Origin: the human T2T-CHM13v2.0 reference genome, Homo sapiens
Assembly (NCBI RefSeq): GCF_009914755.1
Contig: NC_060939.1
Reading direction: 5' to 3' (one strand)
Length of the DNA: 64,000 nucleotides
Positions 9,701 through 22,500 of the stretch are shown here, piece by piece (the stretch's first letter is position 1; the number at the start of each line of letters is the position of its first letter). A program made the translations under genes and the position numbers. The notes under the pieces are model-generated. The model did no database searches, was not told where the DNA came from, and saw only the letters and a list, made by a program, of their open reading frames with translations.

Positions 9701-12700
9701 TTGTGTGTGTGCGGTGTGAGGTATGGGCCCCTTAAGGAAATGGAAATCAACCAACCAATGGGACAGACAGACAGACAGACAGACAGAGATTCACTTGCCC
9801 AAGTGTTCTGTCCTGTCCTCTGAATCCGCTTCCAAGTCGCAAGACGCTGTGAGCTCCAAGTCCACGCAGAGTCCGCCAAACGCTGCGGCCGCTGATCCGC
9901 TCCGCGAAGATCTGAGTACAGGCCAGCCAGGGTGGGTTTAAATAGCCTCGGGCGCAGCGTAGCAGCGGAAAGGGCGGAGCTTCACTCCTCCTTTCCATCA
10001 GTCACCCCCAACTTTCCCAGGCTACACCTCGTAGGAAACTGTTCTCCTGCTTTGATTTCATGCGCCACCTTTGGGACAATCTAAGAACTTACAGGTTTTC
10101 TTGGCCAGATTTATTAGGAATTGTATGCACTGAAACACTGAAAACCAACTAGTGGTTCTGTGCTTCCCACGTTGTGGTTTTGACACCAGCAGCATCCTTG
10201 CCACAATCAAACCCCGGAGATCCGCAGATCTGTGTTGTAACAAGACCTCCCCCTGACCCTGAAGCATGGCAGTTGAAGAAGTCTTTCCGTGTAAGCGAAA
10301 AGACTTTGAAGAAAAGGTGGAGATATGCGTTGTATAAACATTCTTTTGCTCTGGAACCACGTAGAGACTTGGGAGCCAGTTGGGTGGAGCATTCGTTGGA
10401 TGAGGGTGCTCGGGTTAGGAATATCAAGGTGTTTCTCCAGATAATCCAATCATCTAATTAAGATTCCAGTTATGCTCATCTGTTTTAAAATTCCGTTTGG
10501 GTAAATTCTTTTAGTCAGACTGAGAATGGCAAAGCCTCAACCCCAATTTCCAGGGAGGGTGGAGAGCCTCAGGTGGAGTTGATCACCAATAGCCTATAGT
10601 TTAACCCATCATGCCTATAGAATGAGGTCTCCATCAAAATCCAAAAGGACTGGGTTCAGAGAGCTTCTGGATAACACTTCCTGGAAGGTAGTGCGGCCCT
10701 CCCCGCATGGCGGGCCCCACATTTGTTTCTGAACTTTGTGCAATGTCCGCTAAATTACAACGGCAAATGTAAGTGTTTCCCTGCGTGCTGTGAGCTCTTC
10801 CAGCAAATGAATGCAACTAAATCTGGGAGTGGTGGCAACCTGATTTATAGCCAGTTGCTGAGAAGTACAGGTAAAACAACTTAGGGCTTCCCATTGTTAT
10901 TGGTGTGGGAGGCCTGTCTGGCGGGACTCGGCCCTTTGGAATCTAATGCTATGTCCCGGTAGATAGCGTCACCATTGAATTAGAAGACACACATATGTGG
11001 AGAATAATCTTTCTGGTCATTTGCTGCATGTCTTATTTACAATATGTAATCAAATTCTTTATCCTGACCTTATGGCACCTGGGTTTGAACCAAAAGTTGG
11101 TCTGTCACTTTCTGAGTTTGAAACTTTATTTTGCCTTTAGCGTTTTGCTATTGCTTTTTCGTTTTCTTTTGTTTCGTTTCGTTTCTAAGTTCTGGGGTAT
11201 ATGTGCAGGATGTGCAGATTTGTTACTAAGGTAAACGTGTGCCATGGTGGTTTGCTGCACCTGTCAACCCGTCACCTAGGTATTAAGCCCAGCATGCAGT
11301 AGCTGTTTTTCTTAACGCTCTGCCTCCCGAACGGCCCCAGTGTGTGTTGTTCCCCTTCCTGTGTCCATGGGATCTCACTTTTCAGCTCCCATTATAAGTG
11401 AGAAGGTGGCGTTTGGTTTTCTTTCCCTGGATTAGTTTGCTGACGATAATGACCACACATCACCACTGTTTTTGTTTTTTAGTATAAAGAGTAGTATTTT
11501 ATTGAATAAGATTTGCTCACAGAAAAATAAGCTTAAATCTACAATGAATGCCAGACCCTACAGCAGAAAGCAATTTTCTCACTTTTCCACACACAATGGT
11601 TCCTACTAAGTGAAAAAAAAGCCATAAAATTTCATTCACAAATGTACTACTCTGTCTCAAAACATCTCACGTAATCATGCACTGTACTAAAGCCATCAGA
11701 TCAGTTCTTCAGTCAGGTTAAAGAAGTATCCCTCTAATAACTGACTTTTATAATGCTATCAATATCCACTCCCAATCAGTCTGCCATTGTTAGTGGTGTA
11801 CAGCATTACTGAATACAACGGAATTGATGACGCCCATATCCACAGACAAACCGTGACTTATGATGGTTTGATTTATGATTTTTCAACGTTATGATGGGTT
11901 TTTTGGAATATTAGATTCGTTTCTGAGTTACACTGGGTTTATGAGTATGCGACCCTACACTCCAGAAACAGCTGTATAAGGAAAAACAGGTGTACCTAAT
12001 AAAAATATGCTTAGTGACTTGGGATAAACCAATAGATGTTCACAAGTGATGGAGAGCCGTGAAAGAGAGATAGCGGTAAATAGTTACAATAACACAATTT
12101 TCCTGCACCTGTCGAGGATTTCCCCCAAAAAACGCAGAATGTGGGATGCACCTAAGGCATATGAAAGAGAGAGGGCAGAAGGAGTAAGAGAGAAATAGGA
12201 GGAAGGAAGGAAGGAAGCAAGGAAGAAAGGAAGGAAGGAAAGAAGGAAGGTAGGACGGAAGGAAGGAAGGAAGGAAGGAAGGAAGGAAGGAAAGAAGGAT
12301 GAAAGGAAGGAGAAAACACCGGTGTTACTAAAACCCCCCAAAAAATGGTTTCCCCCTGTGGGTAAGCCTACAATGTGGATGAATCTTGAAAATATTGTGC
12401 TACGTGTTATGTCAGTCATAGCAGCTCACCTATTGTGCAATTCCGTTTATAGGAAATGTCCACAATATGGAAATCTATGCATATGGGATTGATCGCACTA
12501 GGTAGTTGCTACCTAGGGCTGAGGGTCAGGGAGAGGGTTTGAGACAGAATGAGGAGTGACTAATGTCTACAGGGTCTTTCTCTGGTCGGGGGTGATAAGA
12601 CGTTTTACAATGGATTGCGAATTAAAATTGAATGTGCACAACCACAGGTATACTAAAAGCCACTCAATTCATGACCTTTAATGGGGGAATCTTACGTGGC

Positions 12701-12908
12701 GTAGTCTCATGGAGACCACGGCAGACATAGTGAGAGAGAAAAAGGTGAGTAAATATCTGAAACGGAGGCAGAAACAGAGAGAATGAAAAGCCCTGTGAAT
12801 GGAAGGGAGAGCGAAAAGGGAAAATGGTCCTATTTACAAATGACAGATGTGAAACTGGGGTTCACATCAACAGTGTCACTGCCAGGAAGGAGGGTCATGC
12901 TAGCCATG

Positions 12909-15900
12909 TCACCGGTAGTGTGGCCCGCAGGGACGCCGACCTGCTGGAGCATCGTGCCAGCATGGGCTGTGGCAAGCACGTGGGCCAGCAGGAGGTTCCC
13001 GCTGCACAGCTGTGGGGTGAGGATAGACTGGGTGGTGATATCGGCCATTACAGGGGCCTCTTCTGCTGGCAAGAGTGTGACAGTAGCAAGTAGATGGACA
13101 GGCCTGCGTGTGAGGACGGAATGCAGGAGGGGTTCTTGTGCGCCTGGGTGTGGGGCCCTCACGGGAACCGTGGAGAAATGGCCAGGTAACTGCGTCATGT
13201 GGGCTAGTAGATTGGCCAGGGCTTCGAACTGAAGGACGATAATGGGGAGTAGCTGTCAGGCCCTGGGAGTGCCTGAGTGTAAGTGGAGATGGGTTTGGGG
13301 TCACTGAGGGATGCGTGGGAGCCATCCCTGTATAGGTACAGGTCATAGGGAGATAGTCTCGTGAGGCCTGTGAGTGTCTAGGGTTGTCCTGGGTGCCTGG
13401 GGCTGACTGTGGCAGAAATCTGGGGAAGGCTGGAGAGAAGCTGGGAGACCCAGGAGAGTCCCTGAAGGCAGGGGGTGAAGAGGTGAAAGAAATGGGGGAG
13501 GGTTGCAGTAAGGTCCGTGAGTTTGTAGGTGATTCCTGGGTGCGGGAAGCTGACTCCAGGTGAAATCTGGAGATGGTTGGAGAGTAGCTGAGAGAGAAGA
13601 GTCCCTGAGGGCTGGGGGTGAGAACATGAGGGAGACGGGGGAGTAAGTCAGTGAAATTCGTGAGTTCGGTGGTGTATCGTGGGTGCCTGGAACTGACTCC
13701 AGCTGGAATCTAGAGAAGTTTTGAGAGTAGCTGAAGGAGACACAAGAGTCCCTGTGGGCTGAGGGCAAAGACCTGAGAGAGACCAGGGAGGACCTCAGTG
13801 AAATCTGTGAGTCTGTAGGTGATTCCGGAGAGTGGGAGGCTGACTCCCGCTGAAATCTGGGCGTGGTGGGAGAGTAGCTGGGACAGACAGGAGAGTCCCA
13901 GGGGGCTGGGGGTGAAGACATGAGAGAGACTGGGGAGTAACTCAGTGAAATTGCTGAGTTGGTTGGTGATACCTGGGTGCCTGGAACTGACCCCCGCTGA
14001 AATCTGGGCATGGTTGGAGAGTAGCTGGGACACACAGGAGAGTCCCTGAGGGCTGGGGGTGAAGACATGAGCGAGACCGGGTAGCAACTGAGTGAAACTG
14101 GTGAGTTTGGTGGTGACTCCGGGGTGCCTGGAACTGACTCCAGCTGAAATGTGGGCGTGGTTGGAGAGTAGCTGGGACAGACAGGAGAGTCCCTGAGGAC
14201 TGGTGAAGACATGAGAGAGAGTGGAGAGTAATTGAGTGAAATTGGTGAGTTTGGTGGTGATTCCTGGGTGCCTGGAACTGACTCCCGCTGAAGTGTGGGC
14301 GTGGTTGGAGAGTAGCTGGGACACACAGGAGAGTCCCTGAGGGTTGGAGATAAAGACGTGCTAGAGACTGAGGAGTAACTGAGTGAAATTGGTGAGTTTG
14401 GTGGTGATTCCGGGGTGCCTGGAACGGACTCCAGCTGAAATGTGGGCGTGGTTGGAGAGTAGCTGGGACAGACGGGAGAGTCCCTGAGGGATGGTGAAGA
14501 CATGAGAGAGACTGGGGAGTAACGCAGTGAAATTGGTGAGTTTGGTGGTGATTTCTGGGTGCCTGCAACGGACTCCCGCTGAAGTGTGGGCGTGCTTGGA
14601 GAGTAGCTGGGACAGACAGGCGAGTCCCTGAGGGTTGGAGATAAAGACGTGCTAGAGACTGAGGAGTAACTGAGTGAAATTGGTGAGTTTGGTGGTGATA
14701 CCGGGGTGCCTGGAACGGACTCCAGCTGAAATGTGGGCGTGGTTGGAGAGTAGCTGGGACAGACGGGAGAGTCCCTGAGGGATGGTGAAGACATGAGAGA
14801 GACTGGGGAGTAACGCAGTGAAATTGGTGAGTTTGGTGGTGATTTCTGGGTGCCTGCAACGGACTCCCGCTGAAGTGTGGGCGTGCTTGGAGAGTAGCTG
14901 GGACAGACAGGCGAGTCCCTGAGGGTTGGAGATAAAGACGTGCTGGAGACTGGGGAGTAACTCAGTGAAAGTGGTGGGCTTGGTGGTGATCCCAGGGTTC
15001 CTGGAACTGACCCGCGCTGAAATGTGGGCGTGGTTGGAGAGTAGCTGGGACAGACTGGAGGGTCCGTAAGGGCTGGGGGTGAAGACGTGAGAGAGACTGG
15101 CGAGGATCTCACTGAGGTCTGTGAGTTTGTAGGTGTTTCTGGGGTGTGGGGTACAGACTCCCGCTGAAATCTGGGCGTAGTTGGAGAGTAGCTGGGACAG
15201 ACAGGAGAGTCATGGGTGGCTGGGGGTGAGCTGCTGGATGATGGCAGTAAGAACATATGGTACATTATTGATGAAAGAGGTGACTGTGAAGAATCTCCAG
15301 AGGAGGACACGGGAGAACACAATGACATGAGTGACTGTCCTGCTTGGTTAGGAAAGGGAAACGTAAAGTTGTGGAATTCTGTTGATGATGGATGTGAGAG
15401 TGGTGAAGCCCTGCGGGGTGATGTAGAGGACTTCCACATCCCTGGTGAGGAGCTGCCCCTTGGGTCTGAGTTTCTGGGAGGGGAGAGGGAGAAGCTGGGT
15501 GAGGCAGGCATGAATCTTGAGGAGTCAGGGCTGGGGGACCGCTCATATTCTCCCGAGACCTGTGAGTCTCTGGGGGACTCCTGGGTGCATGGGGCTGACT
15601 CCCGCAGGAACCTGGGGATGGCTGGAGAGTAACTGGGAGCCACAGGAGGGTCCCTGAGGCCTGGGGGTGAAGAGATGCAAGACACAGTGGTGGAGCAGCG
15701 TGAGGCTCGTGAGTTTGTAGGTGATTCCTGGGTGTGGGGGGCTGACTCCAGCTGAAATCTGGGGTTGTTTGGAGAGTAGCTGGGAGACACAGGAGACCCC
15801 CCGAGAGCTGGGGGTGAGCTGCTGGGTGATGGCAGTAAGAACATGTGGTATATTATTGATGAACGTGGGGACTCTGAGGAGTCCTCAGAGGAGGACACGG

Positions 15901-16177
15901 CAGAGCCCAATGGCTTCATTGATTGCCCATCACGGTGAGGACAGGGAAATGGGAGCTTGTGGGATTCTGGTGATGACAGAGGTGAGTGTGGTGAAGCCCT
16001 AGGGGATGGTGAATGGTAGTTCCGGATCCCTGGTGAGGAGCTTCCCCTTAAGCCTGAGTTTCTGAGAGGGGAGAGGGAGAAGCTGGGTGAGGCTCGCATG
16101 GACCTTGGGGTGTCCGTGCTGGGGGACCGTTCATAAGAAGAGCCACACAAGACCCTACTGTTCTTAGGTGCAGACAT
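12909..16177 (-). pseudogene. Unit 3 copy, frameshifted (944 aa)
   Basis: A 4-bp deletion at ~13596 (agagagaaga vs agagagacagaaga) shifts the frame after ...LRDSS, giving a stop at 13343. Confidence 0.7.
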
Positions 16178-16252
16178 GATTAGGAAACCTGCAGCTCCCA
16201 GGGGCCCCCACTAATGTTCTAACTCGCAGAAGGAAGGAGTGTGTGTGCGTGT

Positions 16253-16286
<34 letters not shown>

Positions 16287-18781
16287 TTGTGTGTGTGCGG
16301 TGTGAGGTATGGGCCCCTTAAGGAAATGGAAATCAACCAACCAATGGGACAGACAGACAGACAGACAGACAGAGATTCACTTGCCCAAGTGTTCTGTCCT
16401 GTCCTCTGAATCCGCTTCCAAGTCGCAAGACGCTGTGAGCTCCAAGTCCACGCAGAGTCCGCCAAACGCTGCGGCCGCTGATCCGCTCCGCGAAGATCTG
16501 AGTACAGGCCAGCCAGGGTGGGTTTAAATAGCCTCGGGCGCAGCCTAGCAGCGGAAAGGGCGGAGCTTCACTCCTCCTTTCCATCAGTCACCCCCAACTT
16601 TCCCAGGCTACACCTCGTAGGAAACTGTTCTCCTGCTTTGATTTCATGCGCCACCTTTGGGACAATCTAAGAACTTACAGGTTTTCTTGGCCAGATTTAT
16701 TAGGAATTGTATGCACTGAAACACTGAAAACCAACTAGTGGTTCTGTGCTTCCCACGTTGTGGTTTTGACACCAGCAGCATCCTTGCCACAATCAAACCC
16801 CGGAGATCCGCAGATCTGTGTTGTAACAAGACCTCCCCCTGACCCTGAAGCATGGCAGTTGAAGAAGTCTTTCCGTGTAAGCGAAAAGACTTTGAAGAAA
16901 AGGTGGAGATATGCGTTGTATAAACATTCTTTTGCTCTGGAACCACGTAGAGACTTGGGAGCCAGTTGGGTGGAGCATTCGTTGGATGAGGGTGCTCGGG
17001 TTAGGAATATCAAGGTGTTTCTCCAGATAATCCAATCATCTAATTAAGATTCCAGTTATGCTCATCTGTTTTAAAATTCCGTTTGGGTAAATTCTTTTAG
17101 TCAGACTGAGAATGGCAAAGCCTCAACCCCAATTTCCAGGGAGGGTGGAGAGCCTCAGGTGGAGTTGATCACCAATAGCCTATAGTTTAACCCATCATGC
17201 CTATAGAATGAGGTCTCCATCAAAATCCAAAAGGACTGGGTTCAGAGAGCTTCTGGATAACACTTCCTGGAAGGTAGTGCGGCCCTCCCCGCATGGCGGG
17301 CCCCACATTTATTTCTGAACTTTGTGCAATGTCCGCTAAATTACAACGGCAAATGTAAGTGTTTCCCTGCGTGCTGTGAGCTCTTCCAGCAAATGAATGC
17401 AACTAAATCTGGGAGTGGTGGCAACCTGATTTATAGCCAGTTGCTGAGAAGTACAGGTAAAACAACTTAGGGCTTCCCATTGTTATTGGTGTGGGAGGCC
17501 TGTCTGGCGGGACTCGGCCCTTTGGAATCTAATGCTATGTCCCGGTAGATAGCGTCACCATTGAATTAGAAGACACACATATGTGGAGAATAATCTTTCT
17601 GGTCATTTGCTGCATGTCTTATTTACAATATGTAATCAAATTCTTTATCCTGACCTTATGGCACCTGGGTTTGAACCAAAAGTTGGTCTGTCACTTTCTG
17701 AGTTTGAAACTTTATTTTGCCTTTAGCGTTTTGCTATTGCTTTTTCGTTTTCTTTTGTTTCGTTTCGTTTCTAAGTTCTGGGGTATATGTGCAGGATGTG
17801 CAGATTTGTTACTAAGGTAAACGTGTGCCATGGTGGTTTGCTGCACCTGTCAACCCGTCACCTAGGTATTAAGCCCAGCATGCAGTAGCTGTTTTTCTTA
17901 ACGCTCTGCCTCCCGAACGGCCCCAGTGTGTGTTGTTCCCCTTCCTGTGTCCATGGGATCTCACTTTTCAGCTCCCATTATAAGTGAGAAGGTGGCGTTT
18001 GGTTTTCTTTCCCTGGATTAGTTTGCTGACGATAATGACCACACATCACCACTGTTTTTGTTTTTTAGTATAAAGAGTAGTATTTTATTGAATAAGATTT
18101 GCTCACAGAAAAATAAGCTTAAATCTACAATGAATGCCAGACCCTACAGCAGAAAGCAATTTTCTCACTTTTCCACACACAATGGTTCCTACTAAGTGAA
18201 AAAAAAGCCATAAAATTTCATTCACAAATGTACTACTCTGTCTCAAAACATCTCACGTAATCATGCACTGTACTAAAGCCATCAGATCAGTTCTTCAGTC
18301 AGGTTAAAGAAGTATCCCTCTAATAACTGACTTTTATAATGCTATCAATATCCACTCCCAATCAGTCTGCCATTGTTAGTGGTGTACAGCATTACTGAAT
18401 ACAACGGAATTGATGACGCCCATATCCACAGACAAACCGTGACTTATGATGGTTTGATTTATGATTTTTCAACGTTATGATGGGTTTTTTGGAATATTAG
18501 ATTCGTTTCTGAGTTACACTGGGTTTATGAGTATGCGACCCTACACTCCAGAAACAGCTGTATAAGGAAAAACAGGTGTACCTAATAAAAATATGCTTAG
18601 TGACTTGGGATAAACCAATAGATGTTCACAAGTGATGGAGAGCCGTGAAAGAGAGATAGCGGTAAATAGTTACAATAACACAATTTTCCTGCACCTGTCG
18701 AGGATTTCCCCCAAAAAACGCAGAATGTGGGATGCACCTAAGGCATATGAAAGAGAGAGGGCAGAAGGAGTAAGAGAGAAA

Positions 18782-18934
18782 TAGGAGGAAGGAAGGAAGG
18801 AAGCAAGGAAGAAAGGAAGGAAGGAAAGAAGGAAGGTAGGACGGAAGGAAGGAAGGAAGGAAGGAAGGAAAGAAGGAAGGAAGGAAGGAAGGAAGGAAGG
18901 AAGGAAGGAAGGAAAGGAGGATGAAAGGAAGGAG
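18782..18934. repeat. Expanded (GGAA)n tract of unit 3
   Basis: 44 bp longer than the modal unit, which accounts for the 6626-bp period. Confidence 0.9.
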
Positions 18935-19530
18935 AAAACACCGGTGTTACTAAAACCCCCCAAAAAATGGTTTCCCCCTGTGGGTAAGCCTACAATGTGG
19001 ATGAATCTTGAAAATATTGTGCTACGTGTTATGTCAGTCATAGCAGCTCACCTATTGTGCAATTCCGTTTATAGGAAATGTCCACAATATGGAAATCTAT
19101 GCATATGGGATTGATCGCACTAGGTAGTTGCTACCTAGGGCTGAGGGTCAGGGAGAGGGTTTGAGACAGAATGAGGAGTGACTAATGTCTACAGGGTCTT
19201 TCTCTGGTCGGGGGTGATAAGACGTTTTACAATGGATTGCGAATTAAAATTGAATGTGCACAACCACAGGTATACTAAAAGCCACTCAATTCATGACCTT
19301 TAATGGGGGAATCTTACGTGGCGTAGTCTCATGGAGACCACGGCAGACATAGTGAGAGAGAAAAAGGTGAGTAAATATCTGAAACGGAGGCAGAAACAGA
19401 GAGAATGAAAAGCCCTGTGAATGGAAGGGAGAGCGAAAAGGGAAAATGGTCCTATTTACAAATGACAGATGTGAAACTGGGGTTCACATCAACAGTGTCA
19501 CTGCCAGGAAGGAGGGTCATGCTAGCCATG

Positions 19531-22500
19531 TCACCGGTAGTGTGGCCCGCAGGGACGCCGACCTGCTGGAGCATCGTGCCAGCATGGGCTGTGGCAAGCA
19601 CGTGGGCCAGCAGGAGGTTCCCGCTGCACAGCTGTGGGGTGAGGATAGACTGGGTGGTGATATCGGCCATTACAGGGGCCTCTTCTGCTGGCAAGAGTGT
19701 GACAGTAGCAAGTAGATGGACAGGCCTGCGTGTGAGGACGGAATGCAGGAGGGGTTCTTGTGCGCCTGGGTGTGGGGCCCTCACGGGAACCGTGGAGAAA
19801 TGGCCAGGTAACTGCGTCATGTGGGCTAGTAGATTGGCCAGGGCTTCGAACTGAAGGACGATAATGGGGAGTAGCTGTCAGGCCCTGGGAGTGCCTGAGT
19901 GTAAGTGGAGATGGGTTTGGGGTCACTGAGGGATGCGTGGGAGCCATCCCTGTATAGGTACAGGTCATAGGGAGATAGTCTCGTGAGGCCTGTGAGTGTC
20001 TAGGGTTGTCCTGGGTGCCTGGGGCTGACTGTGGCAGAAATCTGGGGAAGGCTGGAGAGAAGCTGGGAGACCCAGGAGAGTCCCTGAAGGCAGGGGGTGA
20101 AGAGGTGAAAGAAATGGGGGAGGGTTGCAGTAAGGTCCGTGAGTTTGTAGGTGATTCCTGGGTGCGGGAAGCTGACTCCAGGTGAAATCTGGAGATGGTT
20201 GGAGAGTAGCTGAGAGAGACAGAAGAGTCCCTGAGGGCTGGGGGTGAGAACATGAGGGAGACGGGGGAGTAAGTCAGTGAAATTCGTGAGTTCGGTGGTG
20301 TATCGTGGGTGCCTGGAACTGACTCCAGCTGGAATCTAGAGAAGTTTTGAGAGTAGCTGAAGGAGACACAAGAGTCCCTGTGGGCTGAGGGCAAAGACCT
20401 GAGAGAGACCAGGGAGGACCTCAGTGAAGTCTGTGAGTCTGTAGGTGATTCCGGAGAGTGGGAGGCTGACTCCCGCTGAAATCTGGGCGTGGTGGGAGAG
20501 TAGCTGGGACAGACAGGAGAGTCCCAGGGGGCTGGGGGTGAAGACATGAGAGAGACTGGGGAGTAACTCAGTGAAATTGCTGAGTTGGTTGGTGATACCT
20601 GGGTGCCTGGAACTGACCCCCGCTGAAATCTGGGCATGGTTGGAGAGTAGCTGGGACACACAGGAGAGTCCCTGAGGGCTGGGGGTGAAGACATGAGCGA
20701 GACCGGGTAGTAACTGAGTGAAACTGGTGAGTTTGGTGGTGACTCCGGGGTGCCTGGAACTGACTCCAGCTGAAATGTGGGCGTGGTTGGAGAGTAGCTG
20801 GGACAGACAGGAGAGTCCCTGAGGACTGGTGAAGACATGAGAGAGAGTGGAGAGTAATTGAGTGAAATTGGTGAGTTTGGTGGTGATTCCTGGGTGCCTG
20901 GAACTGACTCCCGCTGAAGTGTGGGCGTGGTTGGAGAGTAGCTGGGACACACAGGAGAGTCCCTGAGGGTTGGAGATAAAGACGTGCTAGAGACTGAGGA
21001 GTAACTGAGTGAAATTGGTGAGTTTGGTGGTGATTCCGGGGTGCCTGGAACGGACTCCAGCTGAAATGTGGGCGTGGTTGGAGAGTAGCTGGGACAGACG
21101 GGAGAGTCCCTGAGGGATGGTGAAGACATGAGAGAGACTGGGGAGTAACGCAGTGAAATTGGTGAGTTTGGTGGTGATTTCTGGGTGCCTGCAACGGACT
21201 CCCGCTGAAGTGTGGGCGTGCTTGGAGAGTAGCTGGGACAGACAGGCGAGTCCCTGAGGGTTGGAGATAAAGACGTGCTAGAGACTGAGGAGTAACTGAG
21301 TGAAATTGGTGAGTTTGGTGGTGATACCGGGGTGCCTGGAACGGACTCCAGCTGAAATGTGGGCGTGGTTGGAGAGTAGCTGGGACAGACGGGAGAGTCC
21401 CTGAGGGATGGTGAAGACATGAGAGAGACTGGGGAGTAACGCAGTGAAATTGGTGAGTTTGGTGGTGATTTCTGGGTGCCTGCAACGGACTCCCGCTGAA
21501 GTGTGGGCGTGCTTGGAGAGTAGCTGGGACAGACAGGCGAGTCCCTGAGGGTTGGAGATAAAGACGTGCTGGAGACTGGGGAGTAACTCAGTGAAAGTGG
21601 TGGGCTTGGTGGTGATCCCAGGGTTCCTGGAACTGACCCGCGCTGAAATGTGGGCGTGGTTGGAGAGTAGCTGGGACAGACTGGAGGGTCCGTAAGGGCT
21701 GGGGGTGAAGACGTGAGAGAGACTGGCGAGGATCTCACTGAGGTCTGTGAGTTTGTAGGTGTTTCTGGGGTGTGGGGTACAGACTCCCGCTGAAATCTGG
21801 GCGTAGTTGGAGAGTAGCTGGGACAGACAGGAGAGTCATGGGTGGCTGGGGGTGAGCTGCTGGATGATGGCAGTAAGAACATATGGTACATTATTGATGA
21901 ATGAGGTGACTGTGAAGAATCTCCAGAGGAGGACACGGGAGAACACAATGACATGAGTGACTGTCCTGCTTGGTTAGGAAAGGGAAACGTAAAGTTGTGG
22001 AATTCTGTTGATGATGGATGTGAGAGTGGTGAAGCCCTGCGGGGTGATGTAGAGGACTTCCACATCCCTGGTGAGGAGCTGCCCCTTGGGTCTGAGTTTC
22101 TGGGAGGGGAGAGGGAGAAGCTGGGTGAGGCAGGCATGAATCTTGAGGAGTCAGGGCTGGGGGACCGCTCATATTCTCCCGAGACCTGTGAGTCTCTGGG
22201 GGACTCCTGGGTGCATGGGGCTGACTCCCGCAGGAACCTGGGGATGGCTGGAGAGTAACTGGGAGCCACAGGAGGGTCCCTGAGGCCTGGGGGTGAAGAG
22301 ATGCAAGACACAGTGGTGGAGCAGCGTGAGGCTCGTGAGTTTGTAGGTGATTCCTGGGTGTGGGGGGCTGACTCCAGCTGAAATCTGGGGTTGTTTGGAG
22401 AGTAGCTGGGAGACACAGGAGACCCCCCGAGAGCTGGGGGTGAGCTGCTGGGTGATGGCAGTAAGAACATGTGGTATATTATTGATGAACGTGGGGACTC

